The notes under the pieces: generated by a model
Databases searched by the model: none
The model's input: only the letters and a program-made list of their open reading frames with translations
What the model was told of the DNA's origin: nothing
Origin: an uncultured Fibrobacterota bacterium
GTDB lineage: Bacteria; Fibrobacterota; Chitinivibrionia; Chitinivibrionales; FEN-1185
NCBI GenBank assembly: GCA_963753345.1
Contig: CAVWBU010000006.1
Coordinates: 1 to 23,331 of the forward strand
Direction of reading: 5' to 3'
DNA: 23,331 nt
Translations under genes and position numbers: made by a program
Shown here: in pieces, positions 8,003 to 16,709 of the stretch
Numbering within the stretch: the first letter of the stretch is position 1
How the letters are laid out: the number at the start of each line of letters is the position of its first letter

Positions 8003-9610
8003 ATGAATCAAAAACTTTACATCTACGACACCACATTGCGCGACGGAAACCAGGCGCTCGGCATAAACCTTTCCCTCACCGACAAGCTCGACATCGCGTC
8101 GCGGCTCTCGGACCTGGGCATCCATTACATCGAGGGCGGCTGGCCCAATCCCACCAACGACGTCGACATGGAATTTTACAAACGCGCGTCGCGGCTTAAG
8201 TTGCGCGCGAAGCTCGCGGTGTTCGGCTCCACGCGGCGGCCGCGTGTTCCCTGCGCAAGTGACCCGTTTGTACAGGCGCTTGTCAAGTCGGAGGCGCCGG
8301 TGGCGACGGTCTTCGGCAAGTCGTGGGACTTGCACGTGAAGAAGGTCCTCAAGGTCTCGCTCGAGGAGAACCTTGCGCTCATCCACGATACGGTGTCGTA
8401 TCTTGCGAAACGGAAAGACGAGGTGATCTACGACGCGGAGCACTTCTTCGACGGCTGCAAGTACAACCGCGAGTACGCGATGCAGACGCTTGCCGCGGCA
8501 ATGGACGCCGGCGCGAAGGTGATTGTCCTCTGCGACACCAACGGCGGCACGCTTCCCGGTGAGTTCCTTGCCATATGGCAGGACGTAAAATGCCGCATGC
8601 GGTGTACTCTCGGCGTGCATACGCACAACGACGCGGGCTGCGCGGACGCGAATTCGCTGCTTGCGGTCGGCGAGGGCGCGGTGCAGGTGCAGGGCACCAT
8701 CAACGGCATCGGCGAGCGGTGCGGCAACGCAAATTTGTGTACCGTCATTCCCGACCTGCAGCTCAAGCTGGGGTACCGGGTTATCGCACCGGAGGCCCTG
8801 CGCAGGCTTACCGAGGTCTCGATATTCGTGTCCGAAGTCGCCAACGTAGCGCCCAACATGCGTCAGCCGTACGTGGGCGAGTGCGCGTTTTCGCACAAGG
8901 CGGGAGCGCATGCCGACGGCGTGCGCAAGGCAAACGAATCGTTTGAGCATGTGAAGCCCGAGACCGTTGGCAACGCACGACAGTTCGTGGTGTCGTCGCA
9001 GGCGGGCAGCAGCACCATCCTCGAAAAACTGTCGTCGGTACAGGTGGGGCTTGACAAACACGGCCCGCTGGTAAAAGGATTGCTCGCGAAAATCAAGAAG
9101 CTGGAGGCGGCAGGGTACCAGTTCGAGGCGGCCGACGCGTCGTTCGAGCTCATTGCGCGGGAGATGCTCGGCACCTTTGCCGAGTCGTTCGAGTTCAAGG
9201 GGTTCAGGGTAATCGAGGAGAAACGGGAGAACGGCGCCCTTTTTTCCGAGGCCACCATCAAACTCAAGAAAGACGGCGTGTACGAGCACACCGCTGCCGA
9301 GGGCGACGGGCCGGTCAACGCGCTCGACAACGCGCTCAGAAAGGCGCTTGTCAAATTCTATCCGAACCTCCGCGAGGTAAAGCTCGAGGACTTCAAGGTG
9401 CGCGTTCTTGACGGAAAGGAAGGGACCGCGGCCAAGGTGCGTGTGCTCATCGAATCGTCGGACGGCAAGGAGCGTTGGGGAACCGTGGGGGTCTCGACGA
9501 ACGTGATCGAGGCCTCGTGGCTGGCGCTTATCGACAGCCTCAAGTACAAGCTCATGAAGGACGAACGCCTGCGTCCAAAGCGCGGCAGGCGAGGGGCGGG
9601 CCGGGTATAA
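8003..9610 (+). CDS. cimA: Citramalate synthase (LeuA/CimA family)
   Basis: YDTTLRDG.Q, YIEGGWP, VFGST.R, FGKSWDLHV, YDAEHFFDG, LCDTNGG, GERCGNANL, FEAADASFEL, GDGPVNALD, W.TVGVS.N.IEAS, typical of the bacterial CimA clade. Confidence 0.9.
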   Translation: MNQKLYIYDTTLRDGNQALGINLSLTDKLDIASRLSDLGIHYIEGGWPNPTNDVDMEFYKRASRLKLRAKLAVFGSTRRPRVPCASDPFVQALVKSEAPVATVFGKSWDLHVKKVLKVSLEENLALIHDTVSYLAKRKDEVIYDAEHFFDGCKYNREYAMQTLAAAMDAGAKVIVLCDTNGGTLPGEFLAIWQDVKCRMRCTLGVHTHNDAGCADANSLLAVGEGAVQVQGTINGIGERCGNANLCTVIPDLQLKLGYRVIAPEALRRLTEVSIFVSEVANVAPNMRQPYVGECAFSHKAGAHADGVRKANESFEHVKPETVGNARQFVVSSQAGSSTILEKLSSVQVGLDKHGPLVKGLLAKIKKLEAAGYQFEAADASFELIAREMLGTFAESFEFKGFRVIEEKRENGALFSEATIKLKKDGVYEHTAAEGDGPVNALDNALRKALVKFYPNLREVKLEDFKVRVLDGKEGTAAKVRVLIESSDGKERWGTVGVSTNVIEASWLALIDSLKYKLMKDERLRPKRGRRGAGRV

Positions 9611-9641
9611 AGGAACGGAAAACGGTTAACGGAGAGATAGT

Positions 9642-10667
9642 ATGGCGAAGAACATCGACTGGAAGAATCTCGGATTCAGGTACCTGCAGACCGACTGTTA
9701 CGTCACGTGCGAATACAGGAACGGGAAATGGGGCGGGATACAGACCTGCACCGACCCGCACCTCACGCTGCATGTCGCGGCGACATGCTTTCATTATGGC
9801 CAGTCCTGCTTCGAGGGGCTCAAGGCGTTCTGCGGCAGGGACGGGTCGGTCGCCATGTTTCGGCCCGACCAGAACGCGCAGCGGCTCATCAACACGGCCC
9901 GGCGGCTCGTCATGGAGCCTCCGTCACAGGAGTTGTTTCTGTCAATAGCCGCAAAGCTCATTGCGCTCAACAGTGAGTATGTTCCGCCCTACGGGACCGG
10001 TGCGAGCCTGTATCTTCGGCCGTTTCTTCTGGGCACCAGCCCGCACATCGGCGTCCATCCGTCGGAAGATTACCTGTTTGCAATGCTTGCCACGCCCATG
10101 GGCGCGTATTACAAGAACGGGTTCTTTCCTGTAAAGGCATATATCCAGGAGCAGTACGACCGCGCGGCGCCGAGGGGTGTGGGAAACGTGAAGGCCGCGG
10201 GCAACTATGCCGCGGGCATGATGGGTGACCTTGACGGACAAGAAAAGGGGTATCCGGTGTGCCTGTATCTCGATTCGGCCACGCACCGGTACATCGACGA
10301 GTTCGGCACGTCGAATTTCATCGCCATAACCAAAGACGGGCGGTATGTGACGCCCGACTCGTCGTCGGTGCTGCCGAGCGTCACCAACCACAGCCTTCAG
10401 GACATCGCCCGCGACTTCGGCCTCACGGTCGAGCGCAGAAAGGTCCTTGTCGAGGAGCTCGCGCAGTTCGCCGAGGTCGGCGCGTGCGGCACGGCGGTGG
10501 TCATCACGCCGGTGCATTCAATCCGGCACGGCGACAAGGTCTACGTCTTCGGAAAGGAAAACGAGGCCGGCCCCACGCTTGCCCGGCTTTACAATGAGAT
10601 AACGGGGATCCAGTACGGGGAGATTGAGGACAGGCATAATTGGATGTACAAAGTGAAAATCAAATAG
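9642..10667 (+). CDS. ilvE: Branched-chain amino acid aminotransferase (class IV PLP)
   Basis: IDWKNLGF.Y, HYGQ.CFEGLKA, VPPYGTGASLYLRP, DRAAP.G.G.VK.AGNYAA, EVGACGTA.VITP; GGAG RBS. Confidence 0.95.
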   Translation: MAKNIDWKNLGFRYLQTDCYVTCEYRNGKWGGIQTCTDPHLTLHVAATCFHYGQSCFEGLKAFCGRDGSVAMFRPDQNAQRLINTARRLVMEPPSQELFLSIAAKLIALNSEYVPPYGTGASLYLRPFLLGTSPHIGVHPSEDYLFAMLATPMGAYYKNGFFPVKAYIQEQYDRAAPRGVGNVKAAGNYAAGMMGDLDGQEKGYPVCLYLDSATHRYIDEFGTSNFIAITKDGRYVTPDSSSVLPSVTNHSLQDIARDFGLTVERRKVLVEELAQFAEVGACGTAVVITPVHSIRHGDKVYVFGKENEAGPTLARLYNEITGIQYGEIEDRHNWMYKVKIK

Positions 10668-10687
10668 GATGATGTTTGATAGTTGGT

Positions 10688-11228
10688 GGGGGAAGTATCC
10701 CCCTAGGGTTCAGCCAACCGGCGTAATGAGGGGCGCACTGCAATGCGCCCTTTCTTTTTGTAAACGCCGGTTGTCTGAACCCATACCCCCTCCTGGGTGG
10801 CCGCCTTGACAAAGTGGCTGCAAGACCATGCATTGTTGTGGCGGCACCCACGAGGAGCAGCTGAAACGTTGAATAGTTGAAGATTTTAAAATCGGGACAT
10901 GCGGATATTGATTTTATTGCGGATGCCGATTGGCGCGAGAAAGGTATTTGACTGATAAGAATTCAGTTGCCGCGCGTTAGGGGCGACGGAGGGTGCGCAA
11001 GAGCGCATTGTCACTTCGTTCCCCAAGGTATGGAAATAGCGCTTCGCGCTTCATTATTGTGTCTCTTGCCTTGTGCCGGCCGACGACCCTTGGAAGCACC
11101 CGACGGGGTGCCCCGCCGAAGGCATAGGGGCGGACCGGCAACGAGGCGAGCAGCCGAGCCCGGAAGGACGACGCCTCGAAGCACCCGAAGGGGTGGAACC
11201 GACCCCGCGAAGCGGGGGAACGCCCAAT
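10688..11228 (+). repeat. Structured intergenic repeat, copy 5 (full, longest; extra inserts)
   Basis: GGGGGA-AGTA-TCCCCC start, central ~140 nt nearly identical to copy 4, extra module shared with copy 8, ends GACCCCGCGAAGCGGGGGAACGCCCAA. Confidence 0.9.
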
Positions 11229-11245
11229 CTTTTCTTTTGCTTCAC

Positions 11246-12493
11246 TCAGCCTATAAATCCCTGTTCTTCATACTTCTCATACCCTCTTAAGTATCTTAAA
11301 TAGTAGATCCACTTCATGGGGCTGTGGCGGGAGAAAACAAAGCGGTATAAAAGACCCTTGTAGCCGAATTCGACAATATCGCGCTTCTGGATGACCACCG
11401 TCTCGATGTCCTTGACGGGAAAGGAGGCCGCTGGCGCGTAGTTATTGTCAAACGAGAACGCGAGCGTCTGCGGGGTGAGTGACATGGTGCCGACGCCTGC
11501 GTCGGCAAACGAGAAATTATTCTTGCCCGTCCGCAGAAGCACGCCGGCGCTCGTGGTGAGCGCGGCATTAGCTGCGGTCGACTTGATCTTTGCGAGCACC
11601 TGCGCCCGGTGCCATTGCGACCAGTCGTGAAGGTCGCCGATATGCTGTCCGCCGGGATTTCCTGGCGTCAACCTGCACATTGCGTCGATTGTCCATGCCG
11701 AGCCGCAGGAGGCACAGCGGATTTGGTCGCCTGTGGTTAAAAGGGTGTCCTCGGCACTGCACGACGCGCACATCCACACGAACCGATCAAGGCCCAGCGC
11801 AAGGTTTACGCCGGAGAAAATCTTCGGCGTGTTGGCGGGGTCCTTGATGTCGTTGTGCGCGATATACGATTTCATGGTGGAGAACAGTTCGTCGTCGGAA
11901 AGATCCTTCATGCCTTCCGGCGTGACCACATCGTAGGTGACCGAAATGCGGCCTTTGCGGATAACATCGGCCCACCAGGGCTTGGTGAGGAAGTCCCCGG
12001 TAATGCGGGTGAGTACGAGGCTCGCGTTGCATCGGCGCGCAATCTTCTCTATGCCTTTGTAAATAAGCTGGGTCTCGCCGTCCCAGCTCGTCTGGCCCTC
12101 AGGGAAAATGCACACCGGGTAGCCGTGCGACAAAAGCGATACGGTCTTCTTCATAGCACGGAAATCAGATGCGCCCTTCTTCTTGGGAAACGCGCCGATG
12201 CTGCTCAAGTACCAGCGCGAGACAGGACCGCGCGAAAACGCCTCGTCGTTGCACATGATGGCGAACGGATACCTGCTGTAGTACCCGATGATCCACGGGT
12301 CGAAAAACGTGCCGTGGTTCGACACGATAATAAACGGCGGTTTCGGAAGCGGCTTCGAGTCTTTTGATTTTGTAAAGTGATACAGAGGGCCAAGGTAGAA
12401 ACGCACGAACAGCCGGGAGCCGATGTTCCACATGATCCAGCGGTAAAGGTAGAGGAGGCGATGTTTCATAGTGAATTTCGTAGTAAAAATCAT
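11246..12493 (-). CDS. 1-acyl-sn-glycerol-3-phosphate acyltransferase family (PlsC-like) protein with a C-terminal extension
   Basis: HX4D motif NHGTFFD, FPEGQTS motif; two CxxC pairs in the C-terminal part; alternative start at 12469. Confidence 0.85.
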   Translation of the reverse strand: MIFTTKFTMKHRLLYLYRWIMWNIGSRLFVRFYLGPLYHFTKSKDSKPLPKPPFIIVSNHGTFFDPWIIGYYSRYPFAIMCNDEAFSRGPVSRWYLSSIGAFPKKKGASDFRAMKKTVSLLSHGYPVCIFPEGQTSWDGETQLIYKGIEKIARRCNASLVLTRITGDFLTKPWWADVIRKGRISVTYDVVTPEGMKDLSDDELFSTMKSYIAHNDIKDPANTPKIFSGVNLALGLDRFVWMCASCSAEDTLLTTGDQIRCASCGSAWTIDAMCRLTPGNPGGQHIGDLHDWSQWHRAQVLAKIKSTAANAALTTSAGVLLRTGKNNFSFADAGVGTMSLTPQTLAFSFDNNYAPAASFPVKDIETVVIQKRDIVEFGYKGLLYRFVFSRHSPMKWIYYLRYLRGYEKYEEQGFIG

Positions 12494-12567
12494 CGCAGAG
12501 GCACGGAGAGCAAGGAGAATAAAATAAAGCTATTTCTCCGGTGATCGAATAGACAACATTTCTTAAA

Positions 12568-12624
12568 CCGTTCGCCCTGAGCATGTCGAAGGGCGTTCAT
12601 GGTTCGACAAGCTCGCCACGAACG
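12568..12624. repeat. REP-like palindrome (CCTGAGC.TGTCGAAGG type)
   Basis: CGTTCG-CCCT-GAGC-A-TGTCGAA ... TTCGACA-A-GCTC-GCCA-CGAACG imperfect inverted repeat resembling a widespread intergenic palindrome type; single copy here. Confidence 0.6.
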
Positions 12625-12749
12625 CCAGATCTGTCATCAATATAATGATGCCATTAGTAATGTCAAAACGAAATTAGGGGTAGACTCTTCCTGCTGTCAA
12701 CTGTCAACGTTCAACAATTCTTCCTTGTATGCCTCCGTGGCGAATCGTG

Positions 12750-13844
12750 TCATACATTGAATCTGAAGAATATAATGTCCCCGTCTTTAATGATGTAATC
12801 TTTTCCCTCCGACCTCACCTTGCCCGCCGCGCGTATGGCAGCTTCCGATTTGTAATGCTCGAGGTCCGGAAGGGTGAACACCTCGGCGCGGATGAACCCC
12901 TTTTCAAAATCGGAATGAATGGTGCCGGCAGCCTTTGCGGCAATTGTCCCCTTCCTCACGGTCCAGGCGCGGTTCTCCTTTTCGGTGGCGGTAAAGAACG
13001 TCTCGAGACCCAAAAGACGGTAGGCGGCCTGTGCAAGGAGCGCCAGTCCTGATTTGCTGAGACCCAGCCCGGCAAGGAACTCTGGACGCTCTTCGGGCGG
13101 AAGGTCGGCGATCTCCGCCTCGATCTTGGCGCAGATGCGCACCATGTCCGAACCTTCGGCTTCGGCGTGCTTCCGGAGCGCCCCGGCCGCAGGGTTGTCC
13201 GACAAAACGGAACCTTCGTCCACGTTGCCGACATACAGCACGGGTTTGGCAGTGAGAAGGTTGAGCTCTGCGAGCGCGGCAAGCTCTTCGTGGGTGAGGG
13301 CAAGTTTTCTTGTCGTCGTACCGGCCGACAGAGCGTCGAATGCCTTCTGGAAAGCGGCAAGCTGCTCCTTGAGTTCCTTGTCGCCCGACTTTGCCGCTTT
13401 TTCCACCCGTGCAACGGCCCGTTCCACAGTGCCGAGATCGGCGAGCATCAGCTCGGTGTCGACAAGGCCAACGTCGCGCACAGGGTCGACCGATCCTTCC
13501 ACATGCACCACATTCTCGTCTTCAAAGCAGCGCACCACGTGCACGATCGCGTTAACGTTCTTGATGTGGCCCAGGAACTGGTTGCCCAGTCCCTCGCCCT
13601 TTGATGCGCCCTTGACAAGGCCAGCGATGTCGAGCAACTCCAGGAATGCGGGCACCACCTTCTGGGCAGGGGAGAGGCGGGTGATGCGGTCGAGCCGGTC
13701 GTCGGGCACCGCCACTACGCCGGTATTGGGGTCGATGGTGGTGAACGGATAGTTCTCCACCTGCGCCTTGCCGTTGCACAGCGCGTTGAACAGGGTCGAT
13801 TTGCCTACGTTCGGCAGGCCCACTATTCCGGCTGAAAGTCCCAT
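12750..13844 (-). CDS. ychF: Redox-regulated ATPase YchF (Obg family)
   Basis: GIVGLPNVGKSTLFN, NYPFTTIDPN.G, DIAGLVKGASKGEGLGNQFL, AAG.IHSDFEKGFIRAEV, EGKDY...DGD...FRFNV; start set at ATG 13844. Confidence 0.97.
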   Translation of the reverse strand: MGLSAGIVGLPNVGKSTLFNALCNGKAQVENYPFTTIDPNTGVVAVPDDRLDRITRLSPAQKVVPAFLELLDIAGLVKGASKGEGLGNQFLGHIKNVNAIVHVVRCFEDENVVHVEGSVDPVRDVGLVDTELMLADLGTVERAVARVEKAAKSGDKELKEQLAAFQKAFDALSAGTTTRKLALTHEELAALAELNLLTAKPVLYVGNVDEGSVLSDNPAAGALRKHAEAEGSDMVRICAKIEAEIADLPPEERPEFLAGLGLSKSGLALLAQAAYRLLGLETFFTATEKENRAWTVRKGTIAAKAAGTIHSDFEKGFIRAEVFTLPDLEHYKSEAAIRAAGKVRSEGKDYIIKDGDIIFFRFNV

Positions 13845-13932
13845 GATAAAATAAAAATACGCCCGGTTCACGCAAACGCGCAATGCTCATTATTTCCTTG
13901 CGCAGGCGCGGTCCGCGGTTCTACATTTGATA

Positions 13933-14316
13933 ATGATGAAGGCGCTTGCGTGGAAATACTACTTCTGGGTGATCCTCGCGTTCGACATGGTCTCGTTCGT
14001 GCTGCCGTTTGACAGGCGCGTGTGGGAAATCGTCGAGACCGCATTCTTTTTCGTGGCGCTGGTGGGCCTGTTCGGGTTCTGCTGGAAACGGAGAATAATC
14101 GCACGGATATTCTGGCAGGTTTTTTTTGCGGCGTTCATGTGCTGGATACTGGTCTACTTTGCAATAGGGAGGTCGCAGGCAATGCCGTCAAATTTAGCCT
14201 CCATATCCGCGCCAACGTTAATTGCAATTGTGACCGTCGCTGTTGCGCTGCATGCTCCATTAGTGGCAGGGCTGTATTTGTATGCGTTCAGAAAAGGAAT
14301 TTGGGAGATAGAGTAA
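13933..14316 (+). CDS. Hypothetical small membrane protein (about 4 TM helices)
   Basis: ORF with four hydrophobic segments, divergent from ychF; no family recognised; start could be 13927, 13933 or 13936. Confidence 0.7.
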   Translation: MMKALAWKYYFWVILAFDMVSFVLPFDRRVWEIVETAFFFVALVGLFGFCWKRRIIARIFWQVFFAAFMCWILVYFAIGRSQAMPSNLASISAPTLIAIVTVAVALHAPLVAGLYLYAFRKGIWEIE

Positions 14317-14325
14317 AGAGTCTGG

Positions 14326-14787
14326 TGGGCGTTCCCCTCGCTTCGCTCGGGTCGGCCCTCCTTCCGGGCTCGGCTGGTCAGCCTCGTTGCCGGACCGCCC
14401 TATGCCTAGCGGCCGGGCACCCCGTCGGGTGCTTCCAAGGGTCGTCGGCCTTCGGCCTCGGGCCGCCACGGCCCTATGGCCCACAGGGCCGGGTCCGGGC
14501 GGCATCCCGCCTCAAGCGGGACCATTTTTCCAGTCGCCCCTAACGCGCGGCGGAAGGAATCTATTAAGTCAGTCAACACATTTTCGCCAGCCGGAATCCC
14601 AAAGTAAAGCATAGATATTTTTCCTGTTTCAATCCGCAATCCGCATTCGTCAATCAACAATATTTTCTTGGTGCCCCCGCAGCCGAAGTTTCTTTCTTGC
14701 ATATCAACTAACTTGGGGGCTACCCATGAGAGGGGAGTGCCGAGGACGGCGAAGCTGGCCGAGGCCGGGGGAGATACTTCTCCCCCG
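14326..14787 (-). repeat. Structured intergenic repeat, copy 6 (full, reverse orientation)
   Basis: Reverse complement starts CGGGGGAGA-AGTA-TCTCCCCCG (14787-14766), contains CCGCGCGTTAGGGGCGACTGG and both right-module variants in tandem, ends GGGGAACGCCCA. Confidence 0.9.
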
Positions 14788-14803
14788 ATATCATATTCTT
14801 GAT

Positions 14804-15496
14804 TTAATACAATTCGTTCATTAATTCCCACAGCCCCTGAATCGAAAACGCCGCGGAATCTCCCCTGAGCGCGGTCTCCGATTTAATATTGGTCCTGTTT
14901 CCAAAAATATTGTTTGGCCCGGCAATAGGCTTGGCGCCTATTTCGAGGCACACGCCCACGTTGTTGTCGGTGATCACGTTGTCCACGAGCACGGGCATGG
15001 CATAGTCGGCGATCACGGCGTACACGTTCCGGTAGAACCGGCAGTCCTTCACGTGCGGCGACGCCTTCTTGGTGCAGTACAGCGCGCAGTGGTTGCCGGC
15101 GAATTCGCATGAGTCAAACACCGGGGAGGATTCCCACGCCAGGCACTGGTACATGCCCTCGAACCTGCAGCTGCGCAGGTACGCGCCAGCGCCTTTCCCC
15201 ATGAACACGATGCCGTACCAGCAGGGCGGCGACGTGTCGCCGCGCGTACGGCCGGCGCAGGTAAAGGTGATGGGCTCGGCGGCCGTTCCCCGCGCGATGA
15301 GCAGGCCGCGCACCACGAACTTGAAGTACCCCGCGAACTTGATGGTGGTCCCCGGCCTCACAGTGCAGGTGACGCTTTCCGGCACTTCGAAGTTCGCCTG
15401 GAGCACCGTGTCCCCGGCAATGGTGAACTCCTGCTTTCCGGCAAACGCCGGGGCGCTTGCCACAAGGGCGACGGCGATGGCTGCAACTGCTTTCAT
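14804..15496 (-). CDS. Secreted right-handed parallel beta-helix repeat protein
   Basis: Signal peptide ending APAFA; PGT.I.F and V.G.L.A.GT...PI.FT motif; repeated SSP.F..C.F.GN / N.ITDN / N.FGN beta-helix rungs. Confidence 0.8.
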   Translation of the reverse strand: MKAVAAIAVALVASAPAFAGKQEFTIAGDTVLQANFEVPESVTCTVRPGTTIKFAGYFKFVVRGLLIARGTAAEPITFTCAGRTRGDTSPPCWYGIVFMGKGAGAYLRSCRFEGMYQCLAWESSPVFDSCEFAGNHCALYCTKKASPHVKDCRFYRNVYAVIADYAMPVLVDNVITDNNVGVCLEIGAKPIAGPNNIFGNRTNIKSETALRGDSAAFSIQGLWELMNELY

Positions 15497-15505
15497 GCGC
15501 GGCTG

Positions 15506-16324
15506 TCACTTCACCAGTTCGAGGGTGATGTTTTCATTCCATGAAATCCTGAACCTGCCCTGCGGGGCGGCCGGGACCGCAAGACGCACGGATGCGCGTT
15601 CGAGCGTTTTCGCGGTGACGTTGACAATCGCGCTTCCCGTTCCGCTCCCTGCCGTGGGGACGCCGGCGTACAGGCCGAGCGTGTCGCGCTCCCGCAACTC
15701 CACCCGGTAGACGAATTTCCACGACAGCGACGCGATGTCGTCGCCCGATTTGTTCTTCCGGAGGCTGTCCATGCAGAACGATTGGAACAAATGGCCAACA
15801 GCGTTGCCTTGCTTTGTGTCAAGCGGCAGGGAACGCTCACGCTCCCACTTCGCGCCGGACCGCACCGCAATCTTCGGGAGCGCGGGCACGGTGGAGGCGA
15901 GGTCCTTGTAAAGGTCCCACTCGCCGATTTTCACCACGGGAACCGTCGACGAGTCTTCCGGCAGTATGGCTCCGTCGGCAAGGGCGCAGGAAAGCCGCAT
16001 GGCCTTTGCCTGCTCCGTGAGGTTGCGGATTTCGTCGTCGCCGAGGATGTTCGACGCCACCGCGACTGAAACGACCGACGCGTGCAGAAGCGCGGGGTTT
16101 TTCACGTCGGGCTTTCCGCTCAGGGTGCATTGCGCGGCGCTCGAAAACGTCCGCTGCGTGTCGGCCGACGAGATGGCGCCGGAGACCGTTGCGCTCAGGG
16201 CGTAGCGCCAGTCAGGCTTTTTCGAGAAGTCAAGCGACAGTTTTACGCCGCTGGATTGTCCGCAGCTTGAGGCAAGGGCCAGGATGGCGGGAAGGACAAA
16301 GAGAAAGTGATTCTTAATTGTCAT
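15506..16324 (-). CDS. Hypothetical lipoprotein
   Basis: Signal peptide with lipobox-like LASSC; 9 nt from the downstream gene; GC-rich codon usage. Confidence 0.75.
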   Translation of the reverse strand: MTIKNHFLFVLPAILALASSCGQSSGVKLSLDFSKKPDWRYALSATVSGAISSADTQRTFSSAAQCTLSGKPDVKNPALLHASVVSVAVASNILGDDEIRNLTEQAKAMRLSCALADGAILPEDSSTVPVVKIGEWDLYKDLASTVPALPKIAVRSGAKWERERSLPLDTKQGNAVGHLFQSFCMDSLRKNKSGDDIASLSWKFVYRVELRERDTLGLYAGVPTAGSGTGSAIVNVTAKTLERASVRLAVPAAPQGRFRISWNENITLELVK

Positions 16325-16370
16325 GAGGAAGTTCTCTTCAGTGAAGCGTGGCTTCGTTTTGCTCGTCTGA

Positions 16371-16403
16371 CCTCACCCCAACCCCTCTCCTGTTGGAGAG
16401 GGG
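16371..16403. repeat. REP-like palindrome (CCTCACCCCAACCCCTCTCC..GGAGAGGGG)
   Basis: CCCCTCTCC-TGTT-GGAGAGGGG hairpin preceded by CCTCACCCC, same type as 3041-3126. Confidence 0.65.
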
Positions 16404-16502
16404 CGATTCGGGATAGCTCAACAAGGTGAAAAGTCAATTTCCTTTGCAGCTGCCGCCCGGGGTGCCCCGCAAAAAGTGACGAAGTAATTCTTTGTTTCCA
16501 CC

Positions 16503-16667
16503 TTTTCAACGCTTCAACTTTTCAACGTTTCAACGCTTTTTCTTTTCAACTGCTCTCCCTGGGTGCCCCCGCAGCATAGCATGGTCTTGCACCTGCGTTG
16601 TCAAGGGGGCTACCCAGGAGGGGGTGCCGGAGGACCGCAGAGGCCGTAGCAGGGGGAAACTTCCCCC
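16503..16667 (-). repeat. Structured intergenic repeat, copy 7 (left module plus tandem spacer, reverse)
   Basis: Reverse complement GGGGGAAGTTTCCCCCTG..CCTCCTGGGTAGCCCCCTTGAC...TGCAAGACCATGC...GGGGGCACCCAGGGAGAGCAGTTGAAAA then GTTGAA repeats. Confidence 0.88.
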
Positions 16668-16709
16668 ACATGAATACTCTTCTATTATCAGATATCAGAT
16701 AAAAAAACC

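Noticed and set aside
7958-9289. Long antisense ORFs (this 443-aa one, also 776-1609 and 20505-21518)
   Set aside because: Shadow ORFs opposite well-supported genes, expected with high-GC codon bias
11188-11205. T-box-like GGGTGGAACCG in copy 5, tempting in an amino acid operon
   Set aside because: Not conserved in other copies (GGGGGGAACCG, GGAGAACCG), lies after ilvE facing a convergent gene, and no specifier stem is visible
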